Assembly: GCA_910586305.1 (NCBI GenBank)
Contig: CAJUGS010000014.1
Span: forward strand, 360-64,359
Length of the DNA stretch: 64,000 nt
Source: an uncultured Duncaniella sp.
Lineage (GTDB): Bacteria; Bacteroidota; Bacteroidia; Bacteroidales; Muribaculaceae
Reading direction: 5' to 3'
Position 1 is the stretch's first letter. Each line of letters starts with the position of its first letter. The translations under genes were made by a program, and so were the position numbers. A model generated the notes under the pieces. It ran no database searches and was not told where the DNA came from. It was given only the letters and a program-made list of their open reading frames with translations. Of the stretch, positions 48,195-56,313 are shown one piece after another.

Positions 48195-48233
48195 GATATA
48201 TTGTTTGATAGGTTTTTCTTTGGAAAGTGTGGG

Positions 48234-50048
48234 TTAGACTGAAAGATAGGTCTTGTCTCCGGTGTTGATATTTGTGAGAGTGTATTCATTTCCCTTTTCG
48301 AGGCGAGCCGTGGGTGCGATGTCCCAGATTGAATTACGTGTCATTCTGGCTGCATTGCGGGCAGGGAGTAGTTCGATGGCAGGTGTGAAGTGGTCGGCGC
48401 GGATATATATTATCCTGCCTGTGAATATGCGACTGAAAATGTTCTGGCTCTCTCTGCGGGAAGTCAGCACTGCTTTTCTGGCCCCGCGAAGCCGCTTTGT
48501 GGCAAAGTAGCTTCCGGGTCCTTGCATCTGTATGGTGAGTGACTTGAAAGTGGGGTATACCATTCTTTTAATAAACAGAAACCACAGTATCAGTGCGGAC
48601 AGCAACACTATGCCAATCCATACCAGCAGGGTCTTCAGCGGGTTCCAGTCGACACTGTATGTGGTGCGGAAGGGTAGTTCGCTCACAGCCCCTATGCTCA
48701 CACCATTCAGCATTTCAATATCGCGACTGTCGCGGTTGACGAGACTGAAATACCTCTTGCCGGTTTCTGCATCGGTGTCAAATGTGATGCCCAGCCGGGC
48801 TTCCTTTCCGGGCTCGACGATGAATGTCTCTCCCGGTCCAACAGGCTGTCCGTTGAAGCTGACTTTGAAGTCGGAGGAGTCGCCGTTGGCCGGCACGACC
48901 GCGAGGACAGCCATTGGGTGGTCGTTGTCTGTGTTGGTGAATTTCGCAGCTAGGTCTATCACTATTTCTTCCTGGGGCGCGGCATCGCTCCACAGAAAAG
49001 CCGGATACCATTCGGCACCAGGTTTCACAATAACCTCGTCGGTGTCGCCACCGAGCAGTGACAGTTTGCGCAGGGCGCGGTTGGCCATGATTACTGTAAC
49101 CTCGGGATTGACTATCGTCATGTGCGGGTCCTTGGAGTTGACTGTGAATGTGAACTCATACATCCCGTCTTCATCGGTCTCCTCAGCGAGGCGGTTGTTA
49201 AGCTCTTCCACCGAGATGTCTCCACGTGGAGAGAATCTCACATTAATATTATAGTCGGAGCTTTTGCCTCCCTCCACGCTGACGTTGAAAAAACGGTCGG
49301 CACATTTTGCCTCTACAGGATAGGGTTCCTTCTCGCTGAATCCAATACTATATGTCTTGTTGAGTTCGAGTGTGTTTGCATATATCACGTTGCCAATGTC
49401 GGATATGGTCGGTATCTCTCCATCCGTACATTTGATACTGTAGGCGTCCGAACATCCGGCCAATGCTTCGTCAAGAGCAGGATCGGAGGCCACCCCATCG
49501 AGCATCACGTAGAAAAACTGTGTGTTTTTATGGGCTGCACACCACTCTCTGATGAGACGGCACACGGCTGGCGTGCCGTGTACCTCGTCCTTGCCATCGG
49601 TGAGAAGGTATACGCGGTTGTCCATGGCCGGATTGACATTTCTCATGCCGGCCTTGAAGGCCTCATAGATATTTGTCTTGGAGTGGGGTGTAGAGATGAT
49701 TTTGTCGAGTCGCTCGAGAATTCCGGCCCTTTTCTTTTCATATTCGCTTCCGTCGAAAACGATTTCATTGAATGGATTGTCCTGGAACGGGACTATGACA
49801 AATCGGCTCTCCGGGTCATGGCTCTGGCGTGTCACAGTTCTGTCAAGAGCATTCTTGGCCGGTTCCCACATATTAATTTCCGGACTCTTCATGGAAGCCG
49901 TGCAGTCAAATATATATATGTAGTTGCGCTGCCTCTGGGCCGAAACGGTGACGCTGCTGAAAACGAGCAGAAAGAGTGTCGCTAAAATCACAGAGGTGTA
50001 CTGTCGGGCGCATGATGTGCGCCATACGGGGAAATGTGATATCATCAT
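48234..50048 (-). CDS. Exported von Willebrand factor A (MIDAS) protein with a C-terminal TM anchor and ~110-aa cytoplasmic tail
   Basis: Signal/anchor VILATLFLLVFSSVTVSAQ. MIDAS D63-C-T-A-S67 (nt 49893-49907), T140, LLTD166G. Beta-rich middle region. TM LLVWIGIVLLSALILWFLFI (nt 48570-48635) followed by KR-rich residues. Residue numbers count from the ORF-track start at 50093. The start is probably ATG 50048 (MMISHF...), because the upstream codons are AT-rich and contain a TATATTTG box. Confidence 0.8.
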   Translation of the reverse strand: MMISHFPVWRTSCARQYTSVILATLFLLVFSSVTVSAQRQRNYIYIFDCTASMKSPEINMWEPAKNALDRTVTRQSHDPESRFVIVPFQDNPFNEIVFDGSEYEKKRAGILERLDKIISTPHSKTNIYEAFKAGMRNVNPAMDNRVYLLTDGKDEVHGTPAVCRLIREWCAAHKNTQFFYVMLDGVASDPALDEALAGCSDAYSIKCTDGEIPTISDIGNVIYANTLELNKTYSIGFSEKEPYPVEAKCADRFFNVSVEGGKSSDYNINVRFSPRGDISVEELNNRLAEETDEDGMYEFTFTVNSKDPHMTIVNPEVTVIMANRALRKLSLLGGDTDEVIVKPGAEWYPAFLWSDAAPQEEIVIDLAAKFTNTDNDHPMAVLAVVPANGDSSDFKVSFNGQPVGPGETFIVEPGKEARLGITFDTDAETGKRYFSLVNRDSRDIEMLNGVSIGAVSELPFRTTYSVDWNPLKTLLVWIGIVLLSALILWFLFIKRMVYPTFKSLTIQMQGPGSYFATKRLRGARKAVLTSRRESQNIFSRIFTGRIIYIRADHFTPAIELLPARNAARMTRNSIWDIAPTARLEKGNEYTLTNINTGDKTYLSV

Positions 50049-50062
50049 TAAGGATTTATTCG

Positions 50063-50094
50063 CAAATATAAACATTATAATTGGATTGCACAAG
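50063..50094 (-). promoter_or_regulatory. Candidate promoter of the vWA/tubulin-like/protease operon
   Basis: The reverse complement of caaatata (50063-50070) is TATATTTG, which matches TAnnTTTG. The -33 element is only partial (cTTG, 50091-50094). It would give a very short 5' UTR before ATG 50048. Confidence 0.35.
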
Positions 50095-50104
50095 TGAATT
50101 TTTT

Positions 50105-50135
50105 TTTGTTGTTGCTTGAAATGTTTGTAACTTTG
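50105..50135 (+). promoter_or_regulatory. Bacteroidetes-type promoter of pta-ackA (TTTG-N19-TAACTTTG)
   Basis: TTTG at 50105-50108 and TAACTTTG at 50128-50135. Confidence 0.5.
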
Positions 50136-50208
50136 TGGCTAATATCAATCATCAATCAACAATCCGCAAGCAAAAGCATAGCTTAAATATATTAATACCA
50201 ACACACAA

Positions 50209-51225
50209 ATGGGACTTTTTGAAAAACTTACCGCCAAGGCCAAGGCCTCTCGCCAGCGTATCGTGCTTCCCGAAGGCACAGAACCACGCACACTCACAGC
50301 CGCCGACCGCCTCATCGAAGAGGGTGTTGCCGATATAATACTCATCGGTGATCCCAAGGAGATTCACACTATGGCCGACTCTCTCAAGCTCAAGAATATT
50401 GAGAAGGCTACTATCGTCAATCCTGCAGATGAGAAGGTGATCGACAAGTATGCTCCTATCTTCTTCGAGCTCCGCAAGAAGAAAGGCATCTCTATGGATG
50501 AGGCCCGTATGACCGCTGCCAACCCCCTCTATCTCGGCTGCCTTATGATCAAGGCAGGTGATGCCGACGGCCAGGTGGCAGGAGCGCAGAACACCACAGG
50601 CAACGTGCTTCGCGCAGCCTTCCAGGTAATCAAGACCAAACCCGGCATCAATGTGGTGTCCGGAGCTTTTGTTATGGTCCTTCCCGAAGACTCCCCCTAT
50701 GGAACAAACGGTCTGCTCATCTTTGCCGACTGTGCCGTTATTCCCAATCCCACTGCTCCCGAACTTGCGCAGATTGCCGTGTCGGCAGCCCAGACAGCCC
50801 GCGACATTGCCGGAATGGAGCCCCGCGTTGCCATCCTCAGCTTCTCTACCAAGGGTAGCGCTAAGCACGAGATGGTCGACAAGGTGATCGAAGCCACAAA
50901 GATAGCCCAGAAGATGGCTCCCGAGCTCTCTCTCGACGGTGAGCTCCAGGCCGATGCCGCTCTCGTGCCCAGCGTAGCCAACTCCAAGGCTCCCAACAGT
51001 CCTCTTTCGGGCCGTGCCAACGTCCTCGTATTCCCCTCGCTCGAAGTGGGCAACATCGCCTATAAGCTTGTGCAGCGTCTCGGTGGCGTAGAGGCTGTGG
51101 GTCCCGTGCTCCAGGGTCTTGCCGCTCCTGTCAACGACCTTTCGCGCGGATGTTTCCCCGAAGACATCTACAAGACTGTCATCATTACTTGCAACCAGGC
51201 CATTGGTCTTAAGGAGAACGCTTGA
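50209..51225 (+). CDS. pta: Phosphate acetyltransferase
   Basis: 338 aa. RIVLPEG.EPRTL, GDADG.V.GA, and a PTA_PTB-family C-terminus. Confidence 0.95.
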   Translation: MGLFEKLTAKAKASRQRIVLPEGTEPRTLTAADRLIEEGVADIILIGDPKEIHTMADSLKLKNIEKATIVNPADEKVIDKYAPIFFELRKKKGISMDEARMTAANPLYLGCLMIKAGDADGQVAGAQNTTGNVLRAAFQVIKTKPGINVVSGAFVMVLPEDSPYGTNGLLIFADCAVIPNPTAPELAQIAVSAAQTARDIAGMEPRVAILSFSTKGSAKHEMVDKVIEATKIAQKMAPELSLDGELQADAALVPSVANSKAPNSPLSGRANVLVFPSLEVGNIAYKLVQRLGGVEAVGPVLQGLAAPVNDLSRGCFPEDIYKTVIITCNQAIGLKENA

Positions 51226-51293
51226 CAGGACCTTCCCCCTATCCCCATCCTGTAATTCAACTTTACCGTTACTCCTAAAAAAATAAAACTTTC

Positions 51294-52493
51294 ATGAAAA
51301 TATTAGTGCTTAACTGCGGCAGCAGTTCTGTAAAATATAAACTTATCGACACATCTTCAGATGTTGTCATGGCCGAGGGCGGAGTCGAGAAGATCGGTCT
51401 TCCCGACGGATTCCTCAAATATAAGAAGGCCGATGGTTCAAAGGCAATCCTTGAGCTTGGCCTTGTTGACCACCTCGGCGCGGTGAAGGCTGTGCTCCAT
51501 CTTCTCGCTGACCCCGTGGAGGGTTGCATCAAGAGCTTTGATGAAATCGATGCCGTTGGTCACAGAGTGGTACACGGTGCAGAGAAGTTCTCCGAGAGCG
51601 TACTTATCACCGACGAGGTGAAGGAGATGATCAAGCAGTGCTACGACATCGCTCCCCTTCACAATCCCGCCAACATGACCGGTATCGACGCCATCACCTC
51701 ACTGATGCCCGATGTACCACAGGTAGCTGTGTTTGACACTGCTTTCCACCAGACTATGCCCGCCAAGGCATTCATGTATGCTCTTCCCTACAAGTATTAT
51801 GCCGAGGACGGTGTGCGTCGCTACGGATTCCACGGCACCAGCCACCGCTATGTGTCGCAGCGTGTCTGTGAGTTCCTCGGTGTCGACATCAAGGATAAGA
51901 AAATCATCACCTGCCACATCGGCAACGGTGGCTCTATTACTGCCGTAGAGGGTGGAAAGAGCATCGACACCTCTATGGGTCTCACTCCCACCGAGGGCCT
52001 TATGATGGGAACACGTGTTGGCGATGTCGATCCCGGCGCGCTTGCGTTCATCATGCTCAAGCACAACCTCAGTGCCGCCGACCTGCAGAAGATTATCAAT
52101 AAGGAGAGCGGTATGCTTGGTATCAGCGAGATCTCAAGCGATATGCGCGAGATCGAGGCTGCTGTGAATTCGGGCGATGCACGTGCCAAGCTCGGCCTTG
52201 ATATGTATGAGCACCGCATCATCAAATATATCGGTTCATATGCGGCCGAGATGGGTGGCGTGGACATTATCGTCTTCACCGGAGGTGTCGGCGAGAATCA
52301 GACTGACCTTCGCGAATCGGTGTGCGCTCCGCTCGCGTTCATGGGTGTGAAGATCGATGCCGATGTCAATGCCAATACTCGTGGCAAGGAGGCGGTTATT
52401 TCTACTCCCGACTCTAAGGTCACCGTCGTTGTCATTCCTACCGACGAGGAGCTTATGATAGCCCGCGACACCGAGTCTATCGTAGGTAAGTAA
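51294..52493 (+). CDS. ackA: Acetate kinase
   Basis: MKILVLNCGSSSVKYKL, VGHRVVHGAEKF, GFHGTSH, FTGGVGEN. Confidence 0.97.
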   Translation: MKILVLNCGSSSVKYKLIDTSSDVVMAEGGVEKIGLPDGFLKYKKADGSKAILELGLVDHLGAVKAVLHLLADPVEGCIKSFDEIDAVGHRVVHGAEKFSESVLITDEVKEMIKQCYDIAPLHNPANMTGIDAITSLMPDVPQVAVFDTAFHQTMPAKAFMYALPYKYYAEDGVRRYGFHGTSHRYVSQRVCEFLGVDIKDKKIITCHIGNGGSITAVEGGKSIDTSMGLTPTEGLMMGTRVGDVDPGALAFIMLKHNLSAADLQKIINKESGMLGISEISSDMREIEAAVNSGDARAKLGLDMYEHRIIKYIGSYAAEMGGVDIIVFTGGVGENQTDLRESVCAPLAFMGVKIDADVNANTRGKEAVISTPDSKVTVVVIPTDEELMIARDTESIVGK

Positions 52494-52512
52494 TTCTCAC
52501 GAATGATACATA

Positions 52513-52566
52513 AGAGGGACGGGATGGTTGTTAAATTGAACATATCCCGTCCCTCTATCGTTTTTT
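52513..52566 (+). terminator. Intrinsic terminator after ackA
   Basis: agagggacgggat (52513-52525) pairs with atcccgtccctct (52544-52556): 13-bp perfect stem, followed by atcgTTTTTT. Confidence 0.85.
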
Positions 52567-52744
52567 ATCCGGACAAGTCCGGAGGACTGCTGTCAGCCTG
52601 ATTAATTCAGCCTATTGTCCATTGAAAATGGATTTTCCCATTGGGAGATTTGCCTGCAAAAGATTTTATTCCATATATCCTTTCGAAGTTATCAATGAAT
52701 TGGCCTGACGACACTATATGTAACACTATATACATTAAAGATTT

Positions 52745-53641
52745 ATGACAAAGATTCGTGCTGCCGTGGTAGGCTACGGCAATATCGGGAAGTTTACAGT
52801 GGAGGCTCTTGAGGCCGCTCCCGATTTCGAGATTGCAGGCGTTGTGCGCCGCAAAGTGACGGATATCCCCGCCGAATTGGCTTCCTACAAGGTTGTCACC
52901 GACATCCGCGAACTTGGCCATGTGGATGTGGCTATTCTCTGCACACCCACACGCGAGGTGGAGAAGTATGCTCTGGAGTTTCTTGCTATGGGCATCAACA
53001 CAGTCGATAGTTTTGACATCCACACCAAGATTGTCGAACTGCGTCGCTCGCTTGGCGAAGCTGCCCGCAAGGCCGGCAAGGTGGCTGTGATTTCGGCCGG
53101 ATGGGATCCGGGAAGTGACTCGGTGGTACGCACCCTCATGGAGGCTGCTGCTCCAAAGGGACTCACTTACACTAATTTCGGCCCAGGTATGAGTATGGGC
53201 CACACTGTGTGTGTGAAGTCAAAGGCCGGTGTGAAGAACGCTCTCTCCATGACAATGCCTCTTGGTGACGGTGTGCACCGTCGCATGGTGTATGTGGAGC
53301 TTGAGCCTGGCGCAAGTCTCCAAGAGGTGGCCAAGGCTGTGAAGGAGGATCCCTATTTTGCGTCTGACGAGACCCACGTAATGGCTGTGGAGAGTGTGGA
53401 TGCCGTGAAGGATATGGGCCACGGTGTGCATATGGTTCGCAAGGGTGTCTCGGGCAAGACCCAGAACCAGCGTTTTGAGTTCAATATGTCAATCAATAAT
53501 CCTGCTCTGACAGCCCAGTTACTCGTTGGTGTGGCACGTGCTTCAATGCGACTCGCCCCCGGTGCCTACACTATGATCGAGATTCCTGTGGTCGACCTTC
53601 TCCCCGGTGACCGTGAGGAGCTTGTGGGGCATCTGGTGTAA
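52745..53641 (+). CDS. ddh: meso-Diaminopimelate D-dehydrogenase
   Basis: 298 aa. IRAAVVGYGNIG Rossmann N-terminus, SAGWDPG, MSMGH. Confidence 0.88.
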   Translation: MTKIRAAVVGYGNIGKFTVEALEAAPDFEIAGVVRRKVTDIPAELASYKVVTDIRELGHVDVAILCTPTREVEKYALEFLAMGINTVDSFDIHTKIVELRRSLGEAARKAGKVAVISAGWDPGSDSVVRTLMEAAAPKGLTYTNFGPGMSMGHTVCVKSKAGVKNALSMTMPLGDGVHRRMVYVELEPGASLQEVAKAVKEDPYFASDETHVMAVESVDAVKDMGHGVHMVRKGVSGKTQNQRFEFNMSINNPALTAQLLVGVARASMRLAPGAYTMIEIPVVDLLPGDREELVGHLV

Positions 53642-53668
53642 AAACTTGACCTATATAAAACCATTTCA

Positions 53669-53704
53669 GAAGGCCATACTTCCGTTTCCCGGAGTGTGGC
53701 CTTC
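53669..53704. terminator. Hairpin between the convergent ddh and symporter genes
   Basis: gaaggcca (53669-53676) pairs with tggccttc (53697-53704): 8-bp stem with a 20-nt loop that can pair internally. The U tract is weak. Confidence 0.4.
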
Positions 53705-53707
53705 CTT

Positions 53708-55039
53708 TCAACTGTATCTCACCTGCTTTCTGAGCAGTAGCAGGGTTATCATGGTGGGGAAAGCCATGAGGGCATAGAACAGATCGCAGAAACCTACGGC
53801 CATTCCCAGCGGCATTACGGCGAATATGACGAGAGTGGCTATGAATACCCAGATGTAGTGGCGGCCGTGTTTCTCGCCAAACAGGTAGGAGGCGCAGCGT
53901 GTGCCGTAGAAACTGTAACTGAACATCGACGAGAGGGCAAAGCACAGCACTATGACCATGAGCAGGTATTCGCCCCACGGAATGGCTTTTCCGAATGCCC
54001 CCATGGCTATCGACAGTCCTCTGATACTGCTGTCGGATGCTTCGAAATCTCCACACAGTAATAGTGAGAGAGCTGTTAGCGTACATACGAATCCCGAGTC
54101 GATACCTGGTCCAAGCATGGCTATGAGTGCCTCGCGTCTCGGGTTGGTGTTGGAGGAGGCTCCGTGCATGATGGTTGCAGTTCCCACTCCTGCATCGTTG
54201 ACAAGGGCCGCTCTTCGCGCCCCGATGACGGCAATGCCGACGAGCGCGCCCCATCCTGCTCTCAGGTTGAATGCTTCGGCAAATATTGAACGGAATACAC
54301 CGGGAACTTCCGTTATATGTGTGGCAATGATATATAGCACAAGCAGGAAGTAGAGCCCCACCATGGCCGGAACGAGCCATGAGGCCACAGAGGCTATCCG
54401 TCTGATGCCGCCGATGGTGACGAGCGTCACCACAAGAGCGATGGTTATTCCTATGAGAAGACGGAAAAGAGTGTCGGCTCCCAGACCGGTGCTGACCGAG
54501 AAATCTTCGAGCCATCCTGGACGCGGAAGAGTGGTGGTGAGAGCCTCTGTGAGCTGGTTGGCATTCATGATGCAGAGGGTTCCGAACATTCCCGCCACAG
54601 CAAATGTTATGGCGAGCCACCGCCACTGCTGTCCGAGGCCTTTCTCAATAATATACATTGTTCCGCCGGCAGGGGTCCCGTCTGGCAGAGTGGCCTTGTA
54701 GCGCGTAGTGAGGTATCCTTCGTGGTATTTTGTTGCCATGCCGACTATGGCACTCACCCACATCCAGAATATTGCACCCGGACCACCCATGACGAGAGCT
54801 ATAGCCACGCCGGCTATATTGCCCATACCCACGGTGGCGGCCACAACAGATGCAAGGGCCTGGACTGACGAAATCTGTGAGCCGGAATCGCGACTCTGTT
54901 TCTCACGCAGTACTCTGAGCGATGAGGGGAGGGAGCGGAGTGACACGAGGCCCGAGCGGAGGAGCAGAAAGAGTCCTCCCCCTATGAGAAGAATGAAGAG
55001 CGGCACTCCGCATATGAGGTCGGCTATGGAATTAATCAT
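53708..55039 (-). CDS. Alanine/glycine:cation symporter (AGCS family)
   Basis: ISSVQALASVVAATVGMGNIAGVAIAL..GGPGAIFWMW is the AGCS signature. Start set at ATG 55039 (MINSIADL...). The 99 upstream codons of the ORF overlap the TPM gene and are Arg-rich out-of-frame sequence. Confidence 0.9.
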   Translation of the reverse strand: MINSIADLICGVPLFILLIGGGLFLLLRSGLVSLRSLPSSLRVLREKQSRDSGSQISSVQALASVVAATVGMGNIAGVAIALVMGGPGAIFWMWVSAIVGMATKYHEGYLTTRYKATLPDGTPAGGTMYIIEKGLGQQWRWLAITFAVAGMFGTLCIMNANQLTEALTTTLPRPGWLEDFSVSTGLGADTLFRLLIGITIALVVTLVTIGGIRRIASVASWLVPAMVGLYFLLVLYIIATHITEVPGVFRSIFAEAFNLRAGWGALVGIAVIGARRAALVNDAGVGTATIMHGASSNTNPRREALIAMLGPGIDSGFVCTLTALSLLLCGDFEASDSSIRGLSIAMGAFGKAIPWGEYLLMVIVLCFALSSMFSYSFYGTRCASYLFGEKHGRHYIWVFIATLVIFAVMPLGMAVGFCDLFYALMAFPTMITLLLLRKQVRYS

Positions 55040-55047
55040 GGTTGTCT

Positions 55048-56313
55048 TTACCAGTTTCCGCTGGCTCCTCCTCCGCCTGTCATACCTCCTCCAAACGAGC
55101 CTCCTCCAAAGCTTCCGCCACCTCCGCCACGTCCGGCCGAACCGAGGATGGCTCCGAGTGCTGCCGCTGCCGCGGCATCGCTCTCCTTGCGGGGAATCTT
55201 GAAATAGCGGTCGTCGTGGTGTCCGCAGTTGCGACACACAAGGCGGTCCATACCCTGTCCCTCGTATTGGGCGGTGGCCTGGCGCAGGATGCGTCGTTCG
55301 GTCACGCCGAGAGTGCGGGCGTGGCATTTGGGACATTCCTTGTAGGAACTGCTGTCGTTGACAAACGGGAATATATCAGTCTGGTGACATTTGGGACAGT
55401 GCCACACGTCGTAGTCCACCGAATTGAGTCTTTCCTCCATATCCTGTGCCGGTGTGAGGTAGTCATTGTCGTGCTCCTCGTCTATCAGTTTCATACCTGA
55501 GCCACAGTGGGGACATTTGTGTTTTCTGTGCCGTATGTTGCGCATCTTCCACCACAGTATAAGAAAAGCCGGAAGTCCCATACCGAGTGTGAGACAGGCT
55601 ATGATGGCAAGGGCGAGCCTGTATTTTCTGAGACTTCTCCAACGGTCTACGTCATCGAGTTTGCGCGTTGAAAACAATATGATTATAGAGAAGACAAAGA
55701 CAAGTGCGGCAACGAGTACTGCGAGTCCAAGAACGGCTTGGAACAGCGTGTCGGAATCGAGTGTATTGATCTGTATGGCATCGTTTGGTCTGTCGGATTT
55801 CAATTCGTCACCGAGGCTCGGGTCACGGACTATTTCTCCAAGTCGAGACACACCTGCAGTGATGCCTCCGTCATAGTCTCCTTCGCGGAATTTAGGAAGC
55901 ATGAAGTCTCGGATTATGCGTCCGGCCACAATGTCGGGGACTGCTCCCTCCACTCCATAGCCTGTGCGAATTATGGCTGCACGGTCGTCTGTCGACACAA
56001 GCACAAGCAGGCCGTTGTCTTTGTCGGCCTTGCCTATTTTCCATTTTTCGAAGAGTTTTGTGGCGAATTCATCGGGCGTATAGTCGGGGTCGACCTCGTC
56101 AACTGCCACCACGACAAGTTCCACTGAAGTGTCGGTCCAAAGAGACTTGATGTAGTTGTCGAGGGTGCTGACTGTAGCCGGAGACAACACGCCCGATGGA
56201 TTTGAGACATATCTGTTGCGGTCGGCGACGTGGACATTGGGCACTTCGTCGAGTGTTATAGCCGGTGCTATGAGTGGCAGCAGCAGGGAGAGCAGAAATA
56301 ATAGCTTTTTCAT
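55048..56313 (-). CDS. TPM-domain (TLP18.3/YgcG-like) protein with a TM helix, two zinc ribbons and a Gly-rich tail
   Basis: Signal peptide. TPM domain (VELVVVAVDEV...GLLVLVSTDDRAAIIRTGYGVEG). TM segment. Four CxxC pairs (CPHC, CPKC, CPKC, CRNC). The tail is GGGGGSFGGGSFGGGMTGGGGASGNW. Confidence 0.8.
   Translation of the reverse strand: MKKLLFLLSLLLPLIAPAITLDEVPNVHVADRNRYVSNPSGVLSPATVSTLDNYIKSLWTDTSVELVVVAVDEVDPDYTPDEFATKLFEKWKIGKADKDNGLLVLVSTDDRAAIIRTGYGVEGAVPDIVAGRIIRDFMLPKFREGDYDGGITAGVSRLGEIVRDPSLGDELKSDRPNDAIQINTLDSDTLFQAVLGLAVLVAALVFVFSIIILFSTRKLDDVDRWRSLRKYRLALAIIACLTLGMGLPAFLILWWKMRNIRHRKHKCPHCGSGMKLIDEEHDNDYLTPAQDMEERLNSVDYDVWHCPKCHQTDIFPFVNDSSSYKECPKCHARTLGVTERRILRQATAQYEGQGMDRLVCRNCGHHDDRYFKIPRKESDAAAAAALGAILGSAGRGGGGGSFGGGSFGGGMTGGGGASGNW

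Noticed and set aside
49122-49985. 287-aa and 240-aa (48532-49254) plus-strand ORFs antisense to the vWA gene of the candidate system
   Set aside because: They have no motifs and no upstream promoter or start context, and they are entirely nested in a gene with clear vWA/MIDAS and TM features. I treat them as antisense artefacts. They are worth re-checking only if ribosome profiling is available.
53571-54626. 351-aa same-strand alternative-frame ORF inside the alanine symporter gene, and a 269-aa one (24980-25789) inside rodA
   Set aside because: Both are Arg/His/Ser/Pro-rich frame-shifted readings of membrane-protein genes, and the primary frames carry the family signatures.
55040-55336. 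99-codon N-terminal extension of the symporter ORF. Analogous upstream extensions occur at 16312 (GH43), 19810 (DUF4038-type), 32073 (purH), 42044 (PurF-like), 57938 (trkA) and 61966 (fba).
   Set aside because: The extensions overlap the neighbouring gene or contain promoter boxes or terminator hairpins, and they lack signal or fold features. Internal ATGs give canonical N-termini.
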